Of a stretch of 58,682 nt of DNA, positions 47,862 to 55,504 are shown piece by piece. Below the pieces are notes generated by a model, which saw only the letters and a program-made list of their open reading frames with translations, did no database searches and was not told where the DNA came from. The translations under genes were made by a program, and so were the position numbers. Within the stretch, counting starts at the first letter, position 1. Every line of letters begins with the position of its first letter. Origin of the DNA: Vicinamibacterales bacterium. Lineage in GTDB: Bacteria; Acidobacteriota; Vicinamibacteria; Vicinamibacterales; SCN-69-37. Where the stretch lies: the NCBI GenBank assembly GCA_036274055.1, contig DASUGM010000063.1, positions 1 through 58,682 on the forward strand, in the 5' to 3' direction.

Positions 47862-48081
47862 AGAGCCTTCAACATGGAGACATGGAGAAAATCGGTTCTT
47901 CTTCTTGGAAAAGCCTCCCGAGATGCGAACTGCGCCAAGAACTCAGCCAACGTGGAGTGCATGAAGAGCCCGCTGGATCGTGTCCTCCATGCCCTTCACT
48001 CGAACCAAGTCTTGTTGCTCAGCGCGCATCTCGCCAAGGTTTCGAAAAAGACGAACCGGTCTCCTTCATGTTGAAGGCTCT
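47862..48081. repeat. Lower-GC inverted-repeat element (20-nt terminal arms plus internal complementary segments)
   Basis: agagccttcaacatggagac (47862-47881) matches the reverse complement of gtctccTTCatgttgaaggctct (48059-48081), which carries a 3-nt bulge. An inner pair cgagatgcg / cgcatctcg is also present. The region is visibly less GC-rich than its flanks. Confidence 0.7.
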
Positions 48082-48094
48082 TGATCTTGTCGGA

Positions 48095-50758
48095 TCACTC
48101 GCTTCTGAGCAACTGCACCGGATCCACGCGGCTTGCCCGTCTCGCCGGCACGTAGACAGCGACCACACAGACGAGCAGCAGCACTCCGCCCTGCACCGCA
48201 AACGTGCGCAAATCCCGCGCGTCGACGTTGAACAGCAGTCGATCGAGCAGCGTCGTGCCCCAGAACGACGCCAGCAGACCGATTGCCAAGCCGACCAACG
48301 TCAGCCGGAGCCCCGAGCGGAGGAACGAGACGCGGATGCGGCGCGGCTCCCCGCCGAGCGCGAGGCGGACGCCGATCTCCCTCGTCCGCTCGGTCACTGC
48401 GCAGCTCAGGACACCGTAGATGCCGATCGCCGCCAAAAACAACGCCAGTCCCGCGAATGTCGCCAGCAGCGTCGTCTGGAGCCGCCGGTCCTGGAGTTCA
48501 CGCGCGACAATGCTGTCCATGGTCGCGACGTTCGAAATCGGCTGCCGGCGATCGACGGCCCACACCGCGGCCGACACCGCGCGTACGAGCGCGCCGGTGT
48601 CGTCGCCGGCGCGCACGACGAGATCGCGCGGCCACATCCAGTTGTCGCTCGATTGCGCCACGGGGAAGTACATCTCCGCCCGCGTTGGCTCCTCGATGCC
48701 CAGCGTACGCGTGTCGGCGACGATGCCGACGATCGTGCGCCAGGGTGCGTTCGCGTCGAGACGAAACCGGCGGCCCAGTGGATCTTTGCCGGGCCAGTAC
48801 TGCCGGGCCATGGTCTCGCTGATGATTGCGACCGGCTCGCCCGTGGCGCCATCGCGCGCATCCAGGAAACGGCCGGCGCGCAGGAGGTAGCCCATCGTCT
48901 CCATGTAGCCGGGGCTGATGACGCGGTTGTTGGCATCGTATGGCAGCGCCGGATCGATCGGCTGCGCCTCCGGAACGAACCCGGTGGTCCCGCCTTTCCA
49001 AATCAACGGCAGGCCGCCGGTGAAACCGGCGGACGTGACGCCCGGCAACACTCGCACCCGCTCGAGCACGTCCTCGACGAACTGGTTGCGTTTGGCGAGG
49101 TCGGCGTAGGCCTGCCTCGGCAGCTGGAGTCGCAGGCTCGTCACCTGCGCGGGATCGAAGCCGAGCGGAACGTTGCGCGCCGAGCGCAGGCTTTGCACGA
49201 ACAGACCGGCGCCGATGAGGAGCGCGGTCGCGAGCGCGATCTGCCCAACCACCAGCACGCTCCGCAGCCGCGAGCCGCCGCGAACCACGCCCCGGCCGAA
49301 CTGCTGCGTGGTGGCGATCGCGTGTTCGATCCGCGACGCGCGCCACGCGGGGGCGAGGCCGAAGAGCACGCCGGTGAGGCCCGAAAGCACCGCGGTGAGG
49401 GTCAGCACGCGCCAGTCGAGCGAGACGTGGCTCAGCCCTGCAAGTGCGCGCGGCACCAGCAGGTCGAGCAGCGGAAACGTCTGCGTCGCGACGGCGACGC
49501 CGAGCGCGCCACCGACGAGCGCCACGAGAACACTCTCGGTCAGGAGCTGCCGGACGAGACGCCGCCGGTCGGCACCGAGCGCGCCCCGAACGGCCATCTC
49601 ACGAGCACGGCCCGACGCCTGGGTCAGCAGCAAGTTGGCGACGTTCACGCAGGCGATGAACAGCACGCAGACGACGGCCCCGAGCAGGACGAACAGCGCC
49701 GTCCGGGTGTCGCCGACGTAGTCATCGAGCAGCGGCACCGCAAACATCCCGATGCGTTCGTTCGTCTGAGGATGTTCGCGCGCGAGTCGCTCGGCGAGGG
49801 CGCGAAGCTCCGCGTTGGCGCGCTCAATCGTGGCGCCTGCTCGCAGCCGCGCGACGACGTTCAGGAAGTGGCTGCCGCGATCGTTGAGGCGCGCCGCTGA
49901 AAACGTCAACGGCGCCCAGACCTGGAGATCGGAATCGAGGAACTCGAACCCGCGCGGCATGATTCCGATGACGGTGTAGGGATTGCCATTGAACTCGACC
50001 GCGCGGCCGACGACCGCGGGATCGGCGCCAAAACGGCGCGTCCACAGGCCGTGACCAATCACCGCGATTCGATTCCCGGGCCGGTCCTCCTCGGCGCCCC
50101 AGACCCGACCAACCTGCGGCCGCACCCCGAGCACAGTCCAGAAGCTGGCGGTCACCAACCCGCCGTCGATCTTCTCCGGCTCGCCGTCGCCGACCAGGTT
50201 GAACTCGGCGTTGCTCAGCGCGGCGACCTGTTCGAACGACGAGATCGACGTCTTCCAGTCGCCGTAGTTCCCGGGCGCCGGCGTGTTGCGGGGAAAGCCG
50301 AGGTAGGCTGCGTCCTCCCACACCATCGCCAGCCGCTCGGGGTCGGGAAATGGCAGCCGCTGCAGCAGCACGGCGTTGGCGACGCTGAAGATCGCCGCGT
50401 TGGCGCCGATGCCCAGCGCGAGCGTCGCGACGAGCGCGGTCGTGAACGCCGGCCGGCGCCGAAACGTCCGAAACGCGAATCGCAGGTCCTGTGCGAGGAA
50501 CGACATGTGGGAGCTCCGTGATCGAGGCGAGGTGGATCGATGGTCTGGTGCTGGCCGGCGGCTGGCGACGACGCCGGCGGTCTCACGCGCGAGCACGGCG
50601 ATGACCGCGCGCACGCCATCGCGGCTGGCGCGCTCGAGCAGCGTATCGAACGTGGCCAGCATCTCGGACGCATGGCCAGCGCGAGCGCCAGCGTGCATAC
50701 GCAACGCGGCTTGATAGACCCGTCGCGACAGGGCCGCGGCGAGTGAGGCGGTGGTCAC
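48095..50758 (-). CDS. ADOP-type duplicated FtsX/MacB-like permease with N-terminal prefix domain
   Basis: Canonical ADOP start motif at residue 85 (MSFLAQDLRFAFRTFRRRPAFT), two MacB_PCD+FtsX modules, C-terminus ARRASRVDPVQLLRSE. The GTG at 50756-50758 overlaps the padR stop (GTGA). Confidence 0.9.
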   Translation of the reverse strand: MTTASLAAALSRRVYQAALRMHAGARAGHASEMLATFDTLLERASRDGVRAVIAVLARETAGVVASRRPAPDHRSTSPRSRSSHMSFLAQDLRFAFRTFRRRPAFTTALVATLALGIGANAAIFSVANAVLLQRLPFPDPERLAMVWEDAAYLGFPRNTPAPGNYGDWKTSISSFEQVAALSNAEFNLVGDGEPEKIDGGLVTASFWTVLGVRPQVGRVWGAEEDRPGNRIAVIGHGLWTRRFGADPAVVGRAVEFNGNPYTVIGIMPRGFEFLDSDLQVWAPLTFSAARLNDRGSHFLNVVARLRAGATIERANAELRALAERLAREHPQTNERIGMFAVPLLDDYVGDTRTALFVLLGAVVCVLFIACVNVANLLLTQASGRAREMAVRGALGADRRRLVRQLLTESVLVALVGGALGVAVATQTFPLLDLLVPRALAGLSHVSLDWRVLTLTAVLSGLTGVLFGLAPAWRASRIEHAIATTQQFGRGVVRGGSRLRSVLVVGQIALATALLIGAGLFVQSLRSARNVPLGFDPAQVTSLRLQLPRQAYADLAKRNQFVEDVLERVRVLPGVTSAGFTGGLPLIWKGGTTGFVPEAQPIDPALPYDANNRVISPGYMETMGYLLRAGRFLDARDGATGEPVAIISETMARQYWPGKDPLGRRFRLDANAPWRTIVGIVADTRTLGIEEPTRAEMYFPVAQSSDNWMWPRDLVVRAGDDTGALVRAVSAAVWAVDRRQPISNVATMDSIVARELQDRRLQTTLLATFAGLALFLAAIGIYGVLSCAVTERTREIGVRLALGGEPRRIRVSFLRSGLRLTLVGLAIGLLASFWGTTLLDRLLFNVDARDLRTFAVQGGVLLLVCVVAVYVPARRASRVDPVQLLRSE

Positions 50759-51105
50759 CGGCGGCCCTTCAGCGGCGCGCGAATCCCCTTGCGGCGGGCC
50801 TGAGTCAGCAGCGCTTCGAGCCGGGCGATTTCGACGCGGAGCGCCTGCCCGCCGGCCGCGGTCAGCGCGTAGTAGCGCCGTCGGGGATCGTCCGCGTCGC
50901 GACGGGAGGTTTCGGCGATGAACCCCAGCGTCACCAGCCGCGCGATCGCCGTGTAGAGCGGCCCGGTCCCGAGACGCACGGTGCCGTCGGTCCGTTCGGC
51001 GACGTCGGCAATGATGCCGTAGCCATGGCGGTCCTCGTCGGTCAGCGCCAGGAGGATTTGAAACTGCTGCGGCGAGAGCGGAAACGGCGCGCGTGTATCT
51101 GGCAT
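50755..51105 (-). CDS. PadR-family transcriptional regulator
   Basis: Winged-helix PadR core (HGYGIIADVAERTDGTVRLGTGPLYTAIARLV) and C-terminal helix. 116 aa. Confidence 0.9.
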   Translation of the reverse strand: MPDTRAPFPLSPQQFQILLALTDEDRHGYGIIADVAERTDGTVRLGTGPLYTAIARLVTLGFIAETSRRDADDPRRRYYALTAAGGQALRVEIARLEALLTQARRKGIRAPLKGRR

Positions 51106-51108
51106 AGC

Positions 51109-51127
51109 TGCATCTAGTATAGATGCA
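51109..51127. promoter_or_regulatory. Perfect palindrome TGCATCTA-N3-TAGATGCA, candidate PadR operator
   Basis: Read directly. It lies 3 nt upstream of the padR start codon (51103-51105, minus strand), in the divergent padR / RRM-protein intergenic region. Confidence 0.55.
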
Positions 51128-51279
51128 TTTAGGTTGGACGGAGCCGACGGGCCGCAGGTTGGCGCTGAACGCGAGGCCGTTCGCGCCGTTAGGCGATCCC
51201 GCCGAAACGTGCTACCGTCAGGAGGTTAGGTGGAAGACAGCCTCCTGCTCTAGCCCGCGCTTCGAGCCGAATCGAGCCC

Positions 51280-51396
51280 GTCTCGTTTCTCCCCGCATCG
51301 TGATTGCTTAGCACCGCAGCCGAACCCATCAGGGACCCGTGTGGGTCCAAAATCACAGCGTCAACAGGCTCCGCCTCGCGGAGCGGAAAACGAGAC
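51280..51396 (+). promoter_or_regulatory. Structured 5' leader of the RRM RNA-binding protein gene
   Basis: Closing helix gtctcgttt (51280-51288) / aaacgagac (51388-51396). It encloses gtgatt/aatcac, ggaccc-gtgt-gggtcc (51333-51348) and gctccgc-ctc-gcggagc (51368-51384). It ends 9 nt before the ATG. Confidence 0.5.
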
Positions 51397-51405
51397 TCAG
51401 TACTC

Positions 51406-51732
51406 ATGGCAAAGAAACTCTACGTCGGCAACCTTCCCTACGAAACCAACGACCAGGATCTGCACGCGTTGTTCTCCAACGTCGGTCAGGTCGAAAGCGT
51501 GAACCTGATGCGCGACCAGGCCACCGGCCGGGCCCGCGGCTTCGCGTTCGTGGAAATGGCGACCGACGACGCGGCCCAGGCCGCGATTCAGCAGCTCAAC
51601 AACCACGACATGGGCGGCCGCAATCTGACCGTCAATGAAGCGCGTCCGAAGACCTCGGGCGGCGGCGGCGGTTTCGGCGGCGGCTACGGCGGCGACCGCG
51701 GCGGCAACCGCCGCAGCGAGCCGCGCTGGTAA
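51406..51732 (+). CDS. RRM-type RNA-binding protein with Gly/Arg-rich tail
   Basis: RNP2 KLYVGNL, RNP1 RGFAFVEM, C-terminal [19 protein letters not shown]. Confidence 0.9.
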   Translation: MAKKLYVGNLPYETNDQDLHALFSNVGQVESVNLMRDQATGRARGFAFVEMATDDAAQAAIQQLNNHDMGGRNLTVNEARPKTSGGGGGFGGGYGGDRGGNRRSEPRW

Positions 51733-51794
51733 GCACGGCCGGTTCGACGCCAATTCGCACACGACCACGGGCGGCATCTTCGGGTGCCGCCCGT

Positions 51795-52560
51795 TTGTTG
51801 TACGAACCGCGCCTGTCACCCGACGGGATGATGATCGCGACGGCGACACGCGATGACTCGCCGGACATCTACGTGTGGGACCTGCGCCGCAGCGTGGAAA
51901 CGCGAGTGACTCGGGATGAGGCACGCGACGTCTCGCCGCTCTGGATCGACAACAGCGAACTGATCTTTGCCTACGGCACCGACACCGGCGGGCAGCTTGA
52001 CCTCGCCCGCCGGCGCGCCGATCTGACGACGGAGCGCACCGTCGTCGCAGCGACGCGCGCGTTTCTCGCTCGAGAAGCCAGAGCCGCCCACGCTGCTGCT
52101 GGGCACAACCTATCCGAGCACGAACCCGGCGATCTCACCGGACGGGCGGTGGATCGCCTACGAAGCCCGCGAAGGGGAACGAACCGAGGTGTACGTGCGG
52201 CCTTTCCCCAACGTCAGCGAGGCGCGCTTTCAGATATCGCAGGGCGGCGGCGTCTGGCCGGTCTGGTCGCGCAACGGCAAGCAGTTGTTCTACGTCACCA
52301 ACACCAGCGGGCAAGTCGAGCGTCACGTACTGGCAGTCCCGGTCAAGCCAGCCCACGGGACGACGTTCGATTGGGACCCGGGTGTCCGGCTGTTCAACAT
52401 GGCGCCGTACATGCGATCGTCCCAGCGCGGCTACGACGTCTCGCTCGACGGCAGCAAGTTCATCGTCGCGTCCGACGCCAATGCGCCGGCGCTGGTCTCG
52501 CGCACCGTGATCCGGTACGTCACGAACTGGTTCGAGGAACTGCGGGCGCGAGTGAAGTAA
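51795..52560 (+). pseudogene. Decayed TolB/PD40 beta-propeller protein gene (5'-truncated, frameshifted)
   Basis: PD40-like repeats in frame 3 (PRLSPDGMMIATATRDDSPDIYVWDL; DVSPLWIDNSELIFAY). The continuation is in frame 1 (PTLLLGTTYPSTNPAISPDGRWIAYEAREGERTEVYVRPFPNVS...VTNWFEELRARVK). No N-terminal domain or signal is present. Confidence 0.6.
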
Positions 52561-52656
52561 ACGCCCCTCAGAGCCGTCGCGAGTCGCGCAAAATCGCTCG
52601 AGCCGTTTCCGCGGCGACTCAGAATCGAAAGCGGCTCGATCCGACCCTGCGCGCTA

Positions 52657-52953
52657 TTGCACGCAGTGGCACAGCGCCAGCGACATCGACCGCTCGAGAG
52701 CCGGGTGGCCGCCATCTTGCAATCGCCGACGCGGGAGAATGCCGTGGTAACGGAACCGCTCGCGCTGCAGGCCATCAATGGACCCGTCGTCACCGAGACG
52801 ATCGCGGTCTCTCAGGAAGAAGCTGAGCAGATCGTTGATTTGATCCGGGATCTGCGCGAGCGCGTGATCCTCAAGAAGCAACAAGAGGTCGAGACGCCAG
52901 CCGCCCCAGCGGGTTTCCGAGCGGTCCTTCGCAACGCATTCGGGGGAACGTAA
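52657..52953 (+). CDS. Hypothetical small protein (weak call)
   Basis: TTG-initiated 98-aa ORF with high GC3 over most of its length. The C-terminal half reads like a real helix (SQEEAEQIVDLIRDLRERVILKKQQE). No recognised family and no RBS seen. Confidence 0.3.
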   Translation: MHAVAQRQRHRPLESRVAAILQSPTRENAVVTEPLALQAINGPVVTETIAVSQEEAEQIVDLIRDLRERVILKKQQEVETPAAPAGFRAVLRNAFGGT

Positions 52954-53006
52954 CGAGGTCGAGCTCAGAGCAGCCGGAGGAGCACGATGGCGACGACGGT
53001 CGCCGT

Positions 53007-55490
53007 TCATCGGTTCGCCAACGCCTCAACCGGCGTGACGCGACTCGCCCGCCGCAAGGGAATCAGTACCGACAGCACGGTGAGAACGACAATCAGCGCG
53101 GTGGCGGCACCAAACGCGAGGGTATCGCGCGGCCCCACCAGCGTGAGCGAGCTGGCGATCAGGCGACCGGAGAAAAAGGCGCACGGAACTCCCACGGCGA
53201 GGCCGGCCGCCGCGGTGACCAGGGCCTCGCGAATCACGGTCATGCGAATGTCGTGGCTCGATGCCCCGAGGGCGATACGCAGGCCGATCTCCGGGATGCG
53301 CCTCATCACCCCGAGGTTCAGGACGGCATACAGGCCAACAAAGACCAGCAGCGTCGTCAGCCCGGCAAAATAGAACGCGCCCAGGCGCATCACGCGTTCG
53401 CGAAGCAACGCGGCATTCAGTGTGTGCTGCAGCGCATGGACCTCGATGATGTCCTCTCGCCCAAGCCCGACCATCGTCCGCCGCGCCTCCGCCTCAACCG
53501 TATGTTGCGCAAGCGGAGACTTCAGCAACACGATCGGTGGCTGAAGCGCAAGCGCGCGTGGAGGCTCCTGCAGAAGCGCGGTAAAGAGAAACGCCTGGTT
53601 CGTCGCGTGGGGCTCGGCAAGCTCGGCGTTGGCCACCACGCCGATCACGTCGAAGAGACGGTCGGGCGGGCCGGCAAGTCGGACGCGCCGCCCGATCGGA
53701 TGGGCGCCCGGGAACAACGCGCGCGCGACCCGTTCCGAGATGATGGCGACGTCCCGCTGACCGCCGTCGTCGGTCCAGGTGAAATCGCGTCCGGCGACGA
53801 CCGGCACGCTGAGCGTCTGGAAATAGCCCGGCGACACCGGCACGACAAACGACCTGACGACAGCCACGCCGTCGTCGCCGGTGATGGAGCGCCGACGTCG
53901 GTCAGCGCCAAAGGAGAGGGGCTCGTTCCAGGCAAGGGCAGCCGCCTCGATCCCAGGGGCCGTCCGGAGCGTTGAGGCAAGTTGGGTGAGGCGCGCGCCG
54001 GCGGCCTGCGCTGGTGCCTCTCCGTCTTGATGAGTCAGGCTCGCCACGAAGACCCCATCAGGCCGGAATCCCGTGGTCACCCCTTCGAGCCGATGCAAAT
54101 TCACCGCGACGATCCAGGCGGTCACGAGCAGCGGCACTGACAAGGCGACTTGAGCGGCGGCGAGCCAGCGGCCCCATCGCGTCACGCTGCGACCGGGTAG
54201 GCCGCGAACTCCCCCGATCAGTCTGAGCTTCGAAGACCAGACACGAGCGGCCGGCAACAGGCTGACCGCCAACGCGACGAGGCTGACCAGCCCGACCAGC
54301 ACACCCGCGACTCGGTAATCGGGACTCAGGTCCAGTGGCGATGATGCGTCGGGCTGGTTCCACAACAACAACGTGAGGCCTTTTGCGGACCACAGGGCGA
54401 GCGGCGCGCTGAGCAGGACGGCAATCAACGACAGGGCCAGGGATTCGCCGACGACCTGCGATACCAGGCGGCCAGTGGACGCGCCGAGCGCCGCCTGCAC
54501 CGCAAGATCGCCTTCTTTCGCTGACCATCGCGCGAGGAGCAGGCCCGAGAGATTCGCGCAGGACAGCACGATGGTGATCGCGCTGAACAGCACCAGCAAC
54601 ATCAGAGGGCGCCGATAGCCCGCTCTGTATCCAGACGCTGAGAAACCTCGGGCCGCGGACTCGAGGTGGGGCTGAAGGGCGAGCGCGTAGTCGGCGCCCG
54701 CTTTGCCAAACGACGCCGCCATGTCCTCGGCCGCAGCCTGGCGCGCCCGCGGCCAGAGCGAGTCGATCTGAGCCCGCGCGAGTTCGAGCGTGACACTCGG
54801 ACGCAGTCGGCCGAACGCCGTGAAGAAAATCTGACTTGGAGGCACGCTGAGCAAGCGAGGTGCCGACGCGGGTACCCAAGCATCGGTCGGCATGCCGACC
54901 TCGAGGCCGGCAAACGCTTCCGGCGCGACGCCGATCACGGTCACCAGCTCGCTCCCCAGACGGAACGACTGTCCGACCACATTCGGGTCCGCGCCAAAGC
55001 GCGTTTGCCAGCAGCGAAAACTGATGACGGCGACAAGCGACGCACTGTCCACCTCGCGCGCCCCGACCACTTGGCCCAACGCCGGACGCACACCGAGCGC
55101 TTCGAAATAGCGACCGCTCACAAGATCGATCCTCAACCGGTGATTCGTGTTCTTGATGACAGCGGTCGATTCCCAGGACTGAAAACCGGCGAACGACTGA
55201 AACACGGTTTGCGTCCCGTCGAGTGACGCGAACAGGCTCACGGGAATCACCGGGTTTCTCCAATCCGGGTCGCGTGAGTCGACGGCAGAAAGCCGAACCA
55301 GCTCGCCGGGATGAGAGACAGGAAGCTCGCGCCAGAACAGCGCGTTGAACAGACTCACGAGCGTGATGAGCGCTCCGCCGCTCAACCCGAGCGCGAGAAT
55401 CACCAGCAGAGCGGACCCGGGCGTGCGGCGCCAGCTCCTGAGGCTACGGAACGTGTCCCGAAAGAAGCTTGCAGTCAAGTTCGCTCCCAC
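53007..55490 (-). CDS. ADOP-type duplicated FtsX/MacB-like permease (orphan, no adjacent PadR or ATPase)
   Basis: N-terminus FFRDTFRSLRSWRRTPGSALLVILALGL, two PCD+FtsX modules, C-terminus LRRASRVTPVEALANR. Confidence 0.9.
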   Translation of the reverse strand: MGANLTASFFRDTFRSLRSWRRTPGSALLVILALGLSGGALITLVSLFNALFWRELPVSHPGELVRLSAVDSRDPDWRNPVIPVSLFASLDGTQTVFQSFAGFQSWESTAVIKNTNHRLRIDLVSGRYFEALGVRPALGQVVGAREVDSASLVAVISFRCWQTRFGADPNVVGQSFRLGSELVTVIGVAPEAFAGLEVGMPTDAWVPASAPRLLSVPPSQIFFTAFGRLRPSVTLELARAQIDSLWPRARQAAAEDMAASFGKAGADYALALQPHLESAARGFSASGYRAGYRRPLMLLVLFSAITIVLSCANLSGLLLARWSAKEGDLAVQAALGASTGRLVSQVVGESLALSLIAVLLSAPLALWSAKGLTLLLWNQPDASSPLDLSPDYRVAGVLVGLVSLVALAVSLLPAARVWSSKLRLIGGVRGLPGRSVTRWGRWLAAAQVALSVPLLVTAWIVAVNLHRLEGVTTGFRPDGVFVASLTHQDGEAPAQAAGARLTQLASTLRTAPGIEAAALAWNEPLSFGADRRRRSITGDDGVAVVRSFVVPVSPGYFQTLSVPVVAGRDFTWTDDGGQRDVAIISERVARALFPGAHPIGRRVRLAGPPDRLFDVIGVVANAELAEPHATNQAFLFTALLQEPPRALALQPPIVLLKSPLAQHTVEAEARRTMVGLGREDIIEVHALQHTLNAALLRERVMRLGAFYFAGLTTLLVFVGLYAVLNLGVMRRIPEIGLRIALGASSHDIRMTVIREALVTAAAGLAVGVPCAFFSGRLIASSLTLVGPRDTLAFGAATALIVVLTVLSVLIPLRRASRVTPVEALANR

Positions 55491-55504
55491 GAACGCTGAT
55501 GAGG

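Noticed and set aside
47853-48074. 73-aa plus-strand ORF and short peptides inside the lower-GC inverted-repeat element
   Set aside because: There is no Shine-Dalgarno and the composition is implausible. The reading frames are a by-product of the inverted repeat, so I treat the element as non-coding.
51795-52560. Programmed ribosomal frameshift in the PD40 gene
   Set aside because: I saw no slippery heptamer or downstream structure at the junction. The gene also lacks its N-terminal part, which fits decay better than recoding.
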